Shown here one piece after another: positions 53,594 through 61,832 of a DNA stretch of 64,000 nucleotides (within the stretch, counting starts at the first letter, position 1; each line of letters begins with the position of its first letter). The notes beneath the pieces are model-generated. The model saw only the letters and a program-made list of their open reading frames with translations. It searched no databases and had not been told where the DNA came from. The stretch is from an uncultured Clostridia bacterium (GTDB taxonomy: Bacteria > Bacillota > Clostridia > Christensenellales > Aristaeellaceae): NCBI GenBank assembly GCA_934663595.1, contig CAKUKM010000001.1:22187-86186 (forward strand). The letters run 5' to 3'. Position numbers and translations under genes: made by a program.

Positions 53594-53608
53594 GGAGGTT
53601 GCGGGTAA

Positions 53609-54295
53609 ATGGCCCAGCAGACCGGGGAGGAACGCGAGGTTTCCATGGAGGAGCTTCGCAAGGACTACGCACAGATTCGCGGCGTATATGCCGCGGCGAT
53701 TCAGGAAATCGACGCGCGGCTGAAGACGCTCGACAGCGAATTTTCCTTTCGGCATCGCCACAATCCAATTCACCACATCGAAAGCCGCGTAAAAACGCTT
53801 CCGAGCATCATCAAGAAGCTGCACAGCCTGGAGATTCCGGTTTCCATCATCAATGCCAAAAAGAATTTGCACGACATCGCGGGCGTGCGCGTCGTCTGCC
53901 GCTATGTGGACGACATTTACCGCATCGCGAATCTTCTGCTTTCGCAGGACGACATCGTGCTGATTCTCGAAAAGGACTACATCAAAAAGCCGAAGGACAA
54001 CGGCTATCGCAGTCTGCACATCGTGGTGGACGTGCCGGTTTACATGATCGACGGCAAGCTGTTCATTCCGGTCGAGATTCAGATTCGCACCGTCGCGATG
54101 GACTTCTGGGCCACGCTCGAGCACGGCATTCGCTACAAGGCCAGCGAGGAGGTGCCGCCGTCGATCGCGAAGGAGCTGCGCGAGTGCGCGGACGTCATTA
54201 CCGATACCGACTATAAGATGCAGAAGATCTTCAAGACCCTTCAGACCGTTCACGATCGCGAGGATCCGCCCGAGGAACGCCCGACGGACGGCTGA
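53609..54295 (+). CDS. small alarmone synthetase (RelA/SpoT synthetase domain only, RelQ/RelP-like)
   Basis: 228 aa. DIAGVRVVC, GYRSLHIVV, EIQIRTVAMDFWATLEH. The AGGAGG RBS overlaps the upstream stop. Confidence 0.85.
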   Translation: MAQQTGEEREVSMEELRKDYAQIRGVYAAAIQEIDARLKTLDSEFSFRHRHNPIHHIESRVKTLPSIIKKLHSLEIPVSIINAKKNLHDIAGVRVVCRYVDDIYRIANLLLSQDDIVLILEKDYIKKPKDNGYRSLHIVVDVPVYMIDGKLFIPVEIQIRTVAMDFWATLEHGIRYKASEEVPPSIAKELRECADVITDTDYKMQKIFKTLQTVHDREDPPEERPTDG

Positions 54296-54305
54296 TCGAG
54301 AATGC

Positions 54306-54340
54306 AATCCCGCTTTACAAAAGGTAGAGCGGGATTTTTG
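54306..54340 (+). terminator. intrinsic terminator after the SAS gene
   Basis: AATCCCGCT-loop-AGCGGGATT followed by T-run. Confidence 0.7.
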
Positions 54341-54380
54341 CGGCCGAAAGACGGAATCTATGAATGCATAAATTCTATAT

Positions 54381-54422
54381 ATCAATAAATGCATTGACAT
54401 TTATTGATAATTGTGATATATT
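54381..54422 (+). promoter_or_regulatory. promoter with perfect 11-bp inverted repeat over the -35
   Basis: ATCAATAAATG (54381-91) / CATTTATTGAT (54398-408). TTGACA 54394-99, 17 nt, TGaTATATT (54414-22). Confidence 0.6.
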
Positions 54423-54464
54423 AAACGTGCTGAAGGAAATCAGCAGTTCAATCCGGAAAGGGCG

Positions 54465-55421
54465 ATGCATATGAAGAATTTTCAGAATATCGTAGTGGCC
54501 GGCGGCGGCGTATTGGGAAGTCAGATTGCCTTTCAGGCGGCGTATTGCGGGTTTCAGGTAACGATCTGGCTGCGCAGCGAGGGCAGCATCGAACGGACGC
54601 AGCCGAAGCTCGCGCGGCTGAAGCAAACCTATCTGGACACGATTCGGGAAATGTCCGAGCCGAACGGCGATCGCCGGCTTTGGGCCTGCGGCATCGCGGA
54701 CTACGACGCATTCGACGCCTCGGAATGCATTGCGCGCGTCGAAAAGGCGGCGGCTTCGATTCGATTGGAGCTGGATCTGGCCAGCGCGGCGAAGGACGCG
54801 GACCTGATCATCGAATCCATGGCCGAAAACGCGGACGATAAGATCGCCTTCTACAAAAAGCTCGCGCCCGTAATGCCGGAGAAGACGATTCTGGTGACCA
54901 ATTCGTCGACGCTGCTGCCCTCCAAATTCGCGAAATATACCGGCCGGCCGGATCGGTATCTCGCGCTGCATTTCGCCAATTCCATCTGGAAAAACAATAC
55001 GGCGGAAATCATGGCGCAGGCGGAGACGAGCCGGGAGGCGTTTGAAGCGGTGATGGCGTTCGCCGGACAGATTCGCATGGTTCCGCTGCCCGTTCACAAG
55101 GAAAAGGCGGGATATCTGCTGAATTCCATGCTCGTTCCGCTGCTGTTTTCCGCGATGGATCTGTATGTAAACGGCATTTCCGATCCGGAGAGCATCGACC
55201 GCGCGTGGACGCTGGGAACCGGCGCGCCGAAGGGCCCGTTCCGGATATTGGATACCGTCGGCCTGACCACGGCGCACAATATCGTAAAGCAATACGTCAA
55301 AATTCCGCGCTTCCTGGCGCCGTACAATTTCCGCGACATGGAAGCCATGCTGAAGAAATATATCGAGGAAGGAAAGCTCGGCATGTCCTCCGGAGAAGGC
55401 TTCTTTCAATATAAAAATTAA
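54465..55421 (+). CDS. 3-hydroxyacyl-CoA dehydrogenase family protein
   Basis: 318 aa. VAGGGVLGSQIA Rossmann motif. The C-terminal domain ends ...GKLGMSSGEGFFQY. Confidence 0.8.
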   Translation: MHMKNFQNIVVAGGGVLGSQIAFQAAYCGFQVTIWLRSEGSIERTQPKLARLKQTYLDTIREMSEPNGDRRLWACGIADYDAFDASECIARVEKAAASIRLELDLASAAKDADLIIESMAENADDKIAFYKKLAPVMPEKTILVTNSSTLLPSKFAKYTGRPDRYLALHFANSIWKNNTAEIMAQAETSREAFEAVMAFAGQIRMVPLPVHKEKAGYLLNSMLVPLLFSAMDLYVNGISDPESIDRAWTLGTGAPKGPFRILDTVGLTTAHNIVKQYVKIPRFLAPYNFRDMEAMLKKYIEEGKLGMSSGEGFFQYKN

Positions 55422-55433
55422 ATAAAATGAATT

Positions 55434-55459
55434 GCCGCTTCCCTGTAAGCGGCTTTTTT
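55434..55459 (+). terminator. intrinsic terminator
   Basis: GCCGCTT-loop-AAGCGGC followed by T6. Confidence 0.7.
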
Positions 55460-55463
55460 GCGG

Positions 55464-55513
55464 TTGACAAGTGAACGATCGTTTGCTATAATACGATGTA
55501 AACGATCGTTCAC
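55464..55513 (+). promoter_or_regulatory. consensus promoter for rsgA flanked by twin palindromic boxes
   Basis: TTGACA (55464-69), 17 nt, TATAAT (55487-92). GTGAACGATCGTTT (55471-84, in the spacer) and its inverse AAACGATCGTTCAC (55500-13). Each box contains the palindrome AACGATCGTT. Confidence 0.6.
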
Positions 55514-55544
55514 TTATGGGAAGAAGGGGATAAATACGAAAATC

Positions 55545-56468
55545 ATGCGCGTAACGGCCGAGGAGCGCGGCGCGTGGCGGCTGGAGGGCGAGAAAGGCGC
55601 GCAAATCGCCACGAGAATAAAGGGAAATCTCGATTCGCCGGCCGTCGGCGATTGGGTAAAGGCGGATGAAGCGGGCGCGATTTGCGAAATTTTGCCGAGA
55701 AAGAGCCGGTTCATTCGAAAAAGCGCTGGAAGAACGGGAGAAGCGCAGACGGTCGCGGCTAATATCGATATAGCGCTGATCGTAATGGCGCTGAACCGGG
55801 ATTTCAGCATCCGGCGAATGGAGCGCTATCTGGCGCTGGCATGGGAGAGCGGCGCGCAGCCGGCGGTGGTGCTGACGAAGGCGGATCTGTGCCCGGAATA
55901 CGCCGAAAGGGTGCTGGAGGCGGAGCGCAACGCGCCGGGCGCGCCGGTAATGGCAATCAGCGCGAAGACCGGATTGGGAATGGAAGCGGTAAAGCGCCTG
56001 CTTGTTCCCGGCGCGACGGCGGCGTTTCTCGGCTCGTCCGGCGCGGGAAAATCCACGCTGATCAACGCATTGCTCGGCCGGGAGACGCAGGAAACGAACG
56101 GCCTGAGAAACGACGACCGCGGCCGGCACACGACCACGCGGCGCGAGCTGTTCGCCCTTCCGGGCGGCGCGTTTGCAATCGATACGCCGGGCATGCGCGA
56201 GCTGGGCATGTGGGCGGCGGAGGAAGGGCTGAATCGGACATTTGCGGAGATCGCGGCGCTCGCGCAGGAATGCCGATTCCGCAATTGCACGCACAACGGC
56301 GAGCCCGGCTGCGCGGTGCAAAGCGCCATTCAGGCGGGCGAACTGCCGATCGATCGCTGGGAAGCGTATCAGAAGCTGCTGCGCGAGGACGGCGAGAATG
56401 CGCGGCGCGAAAAGGAGCGCAAATTCAAGGAAATTGCCAAGATCAATCGAAGGAGAGAAAAGCGATGA
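55545..56468 (+). CDS. rsgA: ribosome small-subunit-dependent GTPase A
   Basis: ATG 55545 (the track ORF starts in the promoter). GSSGAGKSTLINAL, DTPGMRE, CRFRNCTHNGEPGC zinc knuckle. Confidence 0.9.
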   Translation: MRVTAEERGAWRLEGEKGAQIATRIKGNLDSPAVGDWVKADEAGAICEILPRKSRFIRKSAGRTGEAQTVAANIDIALIVMALNRDFSIRRMERYLALAWESGAQPAVVLTKADLCPEYAERVLEAERNAPGAPVMAISAKTGLGMEAVKRLLVPGATAAFLGSSGAGKSTLINALLGRETQETNGLRNDDRGRHTTTRRELFALPGGAFAIDTPGMRELGMWAAEEGLNRTFAEIAALAQECRFRNCTHNGEPGCAVQSAIQAGELPIDRWEAYQKLLREDGENARREKERKFKEIAKINRRREKR

Positions 56469-57169
56469 AGTATATTCGCAGTCAGAAATACGATGTATGG
56501 ATGGACAAAATCATGGGGCCGAATCCGATGAAGCTCACGGAGGAGCTGATGGAGGACAACGCCATTCCGGCCGGCGCGCGCGTGTGCGATCTCGGCAGCG
56601 GACAGGGATTGACCTCGATGTTTCTCGCGCGCGAATACGGCTGGACGGTCTATGCGGCCGATCTCTGGAGCGATCCGGAGGAAAATCGCCGGTTTTTTGA
56701 ATCGGCGGGCGTGCAGAACGTGATCCCGGTCAAGGCGGACGCGACGGCGCTTCCGTTTGCGCCGGAGTTCTTCGACGCGGTGGTCAGCGTGGATTCCTAC
56801 AATTATTTCGGGCGCGACGAGGCGTATCTGGATGAAAAGCTGCTGCCGTTTGTGAAGGCGGGCGGGCTGATTTATCTGGCGATTCCGGGAATGAGGCGCG
56901 ATTGCCACCGGAATCTGCCCGAGGTGCTGCTGCGGTCGTGGACGCCCGAGCAGCTGGAATACATGCACGATGCGGCCTGGTGGCGCGCACTGGTGGAAAA
57001 GTGCCGCGGCGCGGAGGTGCTCGACGTTTCGGAAATGGAGAGCAACGAGGAGGTCTGGGCCGATTGGCTGAAACAGGAAAACGAATATGCGGTAAACGAC
57101 CGCAAGACGATGCTCGCCGGCGGCGGCGAATACCTGAATTTTATTCGAATTCTGCTGAAAAAGAAATAA
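56465..57169 (+). CDS. class I SAM-dependent methyltransferase
   Basis: ATGA overlap with the rsgA stop. VCDLGSGQG...FDAVVSVDS. Confidence 0.75.
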   Translation: MKYIRSQKYDVWMDKIMGPNPMKLTEELMEDNAIPAGARVCDLGSGQGLTSMFLAREYGWTVYAADLWSDPEENRRFFESAGVQNVIPVKADATALPFAPEFFDAVVSVDSYNYFGRDEAYLDEKLLPFVKAGGLIYLAIPGMRRDCHRNLPEVLLRSWTPEQLEYMHDAAWWRALVEKCRGAEVLDVSEMESNEEVWADWLKQENEYAVNDRKTMLAGGGEYLNFIRILLKKK

Positions 57170-57172
57170 AAT

Positions 57173-57207
57173 GCGGGCGAAACGCAAATCAACAGCGTTT
57201 CGCCCGC
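57173..57207. terminator. bidirectional terminator
   Basis: 13-bp perfect stem GCGGGCGAAACGC / GCGTTTCGCCCGC, T-rich on both sides. Confidence 0.75.
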
Positions 57208-57214
57208 GCTATTT

Positions 57215-58207
57215 TTACAGCTTTCGGGAAAGCAGCAGCATGTCGGTGAGAATCCGGCCGTCCTCTTCGATCGGCTCGGGATAATTGTCGGAGAAAAAAC
57301 CCTTGCGCACGCCGCATTCCTCAAAGCCGAATCGCCGGTAAAACGGAACTCCGGCCGGCGACGTGCCCACCCGCATTTTTTTGCAGCGCGGCTGATAGAG
57401 CTTCAGAAGATGCCTTACCAGATGCGATCCATAGCCCTTGCCGCGCTGATCGGGCGCGGTGGCGAGGTTCAGCAGCTCGCATTCCTCGTCGCCGGTCATG
57501 CCGACGATCGCGACCGCAACCGCCTGCCCGTTGGTCATCAGCACATACATTTCGCCGGAATCCAGATATTTGCGGATCATGGCCTCGCAGGGATCGGCCT
57601 CGAGCAGCAGCGGGAAATACGCTTCCTTGCCGTATGCGATTTTGCGCACCTCAATCGGCGCGAGCTCGCCGGTCGACCAGTGGTGGCGGCAGAGCGCGAC
57701 GTAGCTCTCGTTGCCGCCGAGCAGAATCTGTTCGCCGGATTTGACCACGCGGCCGTTCAGCACGCGCGCGTTGAACGTCGCCTTGCGCCCGCACCAGCAC
57801 ACGGTTTTGATTTCCTCAATCGTGTCCGCCCACGCCATCAGCCACGAGCTGCCCTCGAACAGATTGCCGCGGAAGTCCGCGCGCAGGCCGTAGCAGATCA
57901 CGGGAATGTTCAAATCGTCCACGACGTGCACCAGATATTCCACCTGCGATTTGGTCAGGAACTGCGCCTCGTCCACGATAATGCAATCGTAGACCGACAG
58001 ATCCAGTTCCTCGAGCTCTTCGATATAGCTGCAGGGCGCGCTCAGGCCCGAGCGCGAGCCCACCAGCCGCGCGCCGTCGCGATTGTCCAGGCGGGGCTTT
58101 AGCAGGAGCGCATTCTGGCCGCGCTCGTGATAATTGTATTGCACCATGATCGCGTTGGCGGTCTTGGACGAGCCCATTGCGCCATATCGGAAATAGAGTT
58201 TCGCCAT
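57215..58207 (-). CDS. tdk: thymidine kinase fused to a C-terminal GNAT acetyltransferase domain
   Basis: 330 aa from MAKLYFRYGAMGSSKTANAI (AGGAG RBS). Tdk through ...CWCGRKA...ALCRHHW, then a GNAT core (LLNLATAPDQRGKGYGSHLV...FYRRFGF) in one uninterrupted frame. Confidence 0.8.
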   Translation of the reverse strand: MAKLYFRYGAMGSSKTANAIMVQYNYHERGQNALLLKPRLDNRDGARLVGSRSGLSAPCSYIEELEELDLSVYDCIIVDEAQFLTKSQVEYLVHVVDDLNIPVICYGLRADFRGNLFEGSSWLMAWADTIEEIKTVCWCGRKATFNARVLNGRVVKSGEQILLGGNESYVALCRHHWSTGELAPIEVRKIAYGKEAYFPLLLEADPCEAMIRKYLDSGEMYVLMTNGQAVAVAIVGMTGDEECELLNLATAPDQRGKGYGSHLVRHLLKLYQPRCKKMRVGTSPAGVPFYRRFGFEECGVRKGFFSDNYPEPIEEDGRILTDMLLLSRKL

Positions 58208-58277
58208 TTTCATTCTCCTAAACGCATTTGTAATTATATTAAAATTCGAGCAGCGGCACGGCGAATCCTGCCGGCGC

Positions 58278-58306
58278 TTGAAAAAAGCGCGAACTTTGGA
58301 TAAAAT
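58278..58306 (+). promoter_or_regulatory. promoter for tmcAL
   Basis: TTGAAA, 17 nt, TAAAAT. Confidence 0.55.
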
Positions 58307-58339
58307 AGACAAAGAGTATTGCCCATCGGAGGTGCGCAG

Positions 58340-59512
58340 ATGAAAATTGCCGGCGTGATTTGCGAATACAATCCGTTCCATTCGGGCCATGCGTATCATC
58401 TTGCCGAAACGCGCGCGCAGACGGGCTGCGATTACATCGTGGTCTGCATGGCGGGCAGCTATGTGCAGCGCGGCACGGCGGCCTGCCTTTCCAAATGGAC
58501 GCGCGCGGAGATGGCCCTGCGATCGGGCGCGGACGCGGTGCTGGAGCTGCCGGCGCTGTATGCGCCGCGCACGGCGGACGTGTTTGCGCGCGGCGGCGTG
58601 CATATTCTAAATGGCGTCGGCGCGGACGTGCTGTCGTTCGGCAGCGAAACGGCGGAGCTGGGATTGTTGGAGCGCATTGCGACGTTGCGGGAGCGCGAGC
58701 CGGAGAGCGTTTCCAGCGCGATTCAGCGCGGCCTTGCCGAGGGAAAATCCCATGCGCGCGCGCAGGGCGAGGCGATTGCGGAGGCGCTCGGCGCGGAACC
58801 GGCGCTGCTGGAGCGGCCGAACCTGATTCTGGCGACGGAATATCTGCGGGCGATCCGCGCGCTGAACGCGCCGATTCAGCCGTTTGCCATCGAGCGCGTC
58901 GGCGATTATCATGCGGAAACGGCCGGTTCCGGCTATGCGTCCGCCACGGCGATTCGCAATCTCCTTCAGCAGGGGCGAATCGACGAGGCGAGCGCGCAAC
59001 TGCCCGAGTCTGTGCGGCCGCTATTGGCGGAATGGCGGGGCATGCACGCGCCGGATGATCTGCTTTTGCACGCGCTGCGCGGAATGTCGGAGGCCGAAAT
59101 TGCGCGCCTGCCGGATGTGTCCGAGGGGCTGGAAAACCGGGTAAAGCGCGCGGCGGCCGCGGCGTTCGATGTAGAATCGCTGATTGCGGGCGTGAAATGC
59201 AAGCGCTATACGCGCGCACGGCTGAATCGCCTCTGCGCGCACGCGATGCTCGGACTCACGCGCGAACTGGCGAATCGGCATCCGCTTCCGGAATACGCGC
59301 GCCTGATCGGCATGCGGGAAGACGCGCGGCCGCTGCTGCGGGAATTGAAAAAGCGCGCGCGGTTGCCGATCGTATCCGATTCCGCGCAATTGACCGGCAG
59401 CGAAATCTTTCAGCTGGAATGCCGGGCAACCGACCTGCGCGCGCTGCAATGCGATGCGCCGGAGCAGCGCGCGGCGGGGCAGGAGCGCACGCAGAAGTTC
59501 GTTCGGGTATAA
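58340..59512 (+). CDS. tmcAL: tRNA(Met) cytidine acetate ligase (UPF0348 nucleotidyltransferase)
   Basis: MKIAGVICEYNPFHSGHAYHL after GGAGG. Confidence 0.8.
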   Translation: MKIAGVICEYNPFHSGHAYHLAETRAQTGCDYIVVCMAGSYVQRGTAACLSKWTRAEMALRSGADAVLELPALYAPRTADVFARGGVHILNGVGADVLSFGSETAELGLLERIATLREREPESVSSAIQRGLAEGKSHARAQGEAIAEALGAEPALLERPNLILATEYLRAIRALNAPIQPFAIERVGDYHAETAGSGYASATAIRNLLQQGRIDEASAQLPESVRPLLAEWRGMHAPDDLLLHALRGMSEAEIARLPDVSEGLENRVKRAAAAAFDVESLIAGVKCKRYTRARLNRLCAHAMLGLTRELANRHPLPEYARLIGMREDARPLLRELKKRARLPIVSDSAQLTGSEIFQLECRATDLRALQCDAPEQRAAGQERTQKFVRV

Positions 59513-59516
59513 AAAT

Positions 59517-59553
59517 GCCGCAGAATCCTCCTGAATAGGGGCGATTCTGCGGC
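59517..59553. terminator. bidirectional hairpin terminator
   Basis: GCCGCAGAATC-loop-GATTCTGCGGC followed by GATTTTT. Confidence 0.65.
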
Positions 59554-59558
59554 GATTT

Positions 59559-60968
59559 TTACTTTTTGCGGGCTTTGCGCTGCTCGTTGAATTCGGCGAG
59601 CGCGGCCTGTCCCTGCGGGGTGACGGGCTTGATCCATTTCAGCGAGTACATGTGTCGCTGCATCAGGCAGAAGCGAATCGGCTCGTCGATATAGCAGCAC
59701 GCGAACACGATCAGGAACAGCGCGTGCTTGACCATGCCGGTGACATACACGCACGGCAGCACCATCAGATACATGAACGTGATTTCGAGAATCGTGCCAT
59801 ATGCGGCGTCGCCTGCCGCGCGATACGTGTCGTTCTGCACCCAGTTGCACATGCGAATCGTGGCCGCGACCATGTAAATCATCAGCATGCCCGTGCCCAG
59901 CTTCAGCGCGTCGCCCGTGAGGCTCATTTGAATCAGGATCGGGCGACTTGCGCAGACCAGAATCGTGCAGATGGTAAAGATCATGCCGGCGCACATATAA
60001 ACCAGGCGCTTCGCGCGCTTTTGCGCCAGATCCGGATTGCCCGCGCCGACCTCCTTGCCGACCAGAATCGACGAGGCGTTCGAAAATCCGCTGAAGAAGC
60101 CGATGACCAGGCCCTCCAGCGTGCGGAATACGGCCGTTGCGGCAATCGCATCCTCGGACTGGCGGCCGAGCACGACGTTGATCAGCATGAAGCCCACGCC
60201 CATGACCACCTCGTTGGCAATGATCGGCGCGCACTTGCGGAAGTAGTGGCCGAGGAAGCTGCCCGTCCAGTGGAAATGCCGATGAATGCGGAACAGATGC
60301 GGATGACGCGCGCGATAGGCGAACGCCAGAATCACCAGCGCGTTTACCGCCGCCGCGCAGACCGTTGCGATCGCCGCGCCGCGAATGCCGAGCGCCGGCG
60401 CGCCCAGATGGCCGCCGATGAGAACCCAGTTGAGCAATACATTCGTCGCGACGGACACGATCGAGCCGTACAGCGGGATCTTCACGCGCTCGGTCGATCG
60501 CAGCAGCGCGCTCATCGCCATGGAATACACCTGAAACGGATACGCGAGGCCGACGATGCGCAGATACTCTATGCCGATTTCCTGAATCGCGGCCTTATCG
60601 GTGTATACGCGCATGATCAGATGCGGGAAAAACACCGCCGCAATGGTAAACAGCGTGGCCACCGCCATCATGCAGATCAGCGTAATGCCATAGGAGCGGT
60701 TGATGCCGTCGTCGTCCTTTGCGCCGTAGTACTGCGAGAAAAACAGCATGCCGCCGCCGACAAAGCCCCAATAGCCCGAGAACATCAGCGTGGAAAACTG
60801 CGCGCACAGCCCGACCGCGCCCACCGAAAGCTGGCCCAGCGGCGCGATCATCATTGTATCGACCATGCTGCCCGTGGTGGTCAGCAGGTTTTGCAGCGCA
60901 ACCGGAACGGCGATGACCGCAACCTTGCGCACAAAGGATTTCCAGGGGAACGCTTCTCTCTTTTGCAT
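59559..60968 (-). CDS. MATE family efflux transporter
   Basis: 469 aa with 12 hydrophobic segments and a MATE-like N-terminus. Confidence 0.85.
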   Translation of the reverse strand: MQKREAFPWKSFVRKVAVIAVPVALQNLLTTTGSMVDTMMIAPLGQLSVGAVGLCAQFSTLMFSGYWGFVGGGMLFFSQYYGAKDDDGINRSYGITLICMMAVATLFTIAAVFFPHLIMRVYTDKAAIQEIGIEYLRIVGLAYPFQVYSMAMSALLRSTERVKIPLYGSIVSVATNVLLNWVLIGGHLGAPALGIRGAAIATVCAAAVNALVILAFAYRARHPHLFRIHRHFHWTGSFLGHYFRKCAPIIANEVVMGVGFMLINVVLGRQSEDAIAATAVFRTLEGLVIGFFSGFSNASSILVGKEVGAGNPDLAQKRAKRLVYMCAGMIFTICTILVCASRPILIQMSLTGDALKLGTGMLMIYMVAATIRMCNWVQNDTYRAAGDAAYGTILEITFMYLMVLPCVYVTGMVKHALFLIVFACCYIDEPIRFCLMQRHMYSLKWIKPVTPQGQAALAEFNEQRKARKK

Positions 60969-60980
60969 GCTTCCTCCGCC

Positions 60981-61817
60981 TTATCGATAGAGCAGGCCGC
61001 GATTTTCCAGATAGCTCTTCAGCATCAGCGGCCAGTCGGTCTGAATGAAATCAAAGTTCTTTTTCGCCAGCCACCCCCAGCCGTCGTCGGGATTGCCGGT
61101 CAGCGAGGCGTCGTCGCTGTGTCCGCCGGCGAGAACGGCCTTGTAGCTGTAAACGATTGCGTTGGCCCACGAAAGGATGCCGTCCGCGCGCAGCTGGGCG
61201 AGGTATTCGTCGCTGCAAAGGGGGCTGTCGTCGGTCGTGAACAGCAGCTCCTGGCCCATGTAATGGATGTTGCGGGCCTTCAGCTCGCGATGAACCGCCT
61301 CGGCGTTTTCCTTGACGATCACCATATACTGAACGTCCGGCGCGTATTCCTCGATGATATCGAAGTACTCCTTCTTCGGCGAGGTTTTCACCAGAATCTG
61401 CTCCATCATGCCGTGGCGGCGAATGCAGTCGGCGATCTCGCGCGGGTGCTCCCAGAATTTGTCGCAGTTGATATAGCAGCGATCCTTGAACGTCTCCAGA
61501 ACCTCGTCGAGCGTATTCAGCCCGAACTGCGTGGGCGTGTCGTCCTGATTGACGAAGCGCAGCGCGCGCACCTCGGCCTCCGGCATGCGCGCGATATTGC
61601 AATTCTGATTCAGATGCGCGCTCTCCATGCCAGGGTGAAAGATGAACAGCTTGCCGTCCGCGGACATGTCCACGTCGATCTCAATCATGTCCGCGCCCTG
61701 CCGAAGCGCGATTTCATACGCCGCGATCGTGTTGCAGGGAATGTTTCCGCCGCAAACGCCGCGATGCGCGACGATCAGCCGCTTTTCCCGCGCCGACGCC
61801 CGTAAATCAAACTGCAT
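60981..61817 (-). CDS. glycerophosphodiester phosphodiesterase family protein
   Basis: 278 aa. VAHRG...NT..A...A...GADMIEIDV. Confidence 0.8.
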   Translation of the reverse strand: MQFDLRASAREKRLIVAHRGVCGGNIPCNTIAAYEIALRQGADMIEIDVDMSADGKLFIFHPGMESAHLNQNCNIARMPEAEVRALRFVNQDDTPTQFGLNTLDEVLETFKDRCYINCDKFWEHPREIADCIRRHGMMEQILVKTSPKKEYFDIIEEYAPDVQYMVIVKENAEAVHRELKARNIHYMGQELLFTTDDSPLCSDEYLAQLRADGILSWANAIVYSYKAVLAGGHSDDASLTGNPDDGWGWLAKKNFDFIQTDWPLMLKSYLENRGLLYR

Positions 61818-61832
61818 TTCCTTTTCCTCCGT

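Noticed and set aside
53609-54295. The small alarmone synthetase as a toxSAS toxin of a toxin-antitoxin or defence module.
   Set aside because: By eye the sequence resembles housekeeping RelQ/RelP enzymes. No small antitoxin-like ORF follows, and there is no mobile or defence context. Only the unusual upstream partner is flagged.
55471-55513. The twin boxes at the rsgA promoter as CcpA cre sites.
   Set aside because: TGAACGATCGTTCA-like boxes fail the cre consensus (TGWAANCGNTNWCA) at several fixed positions.
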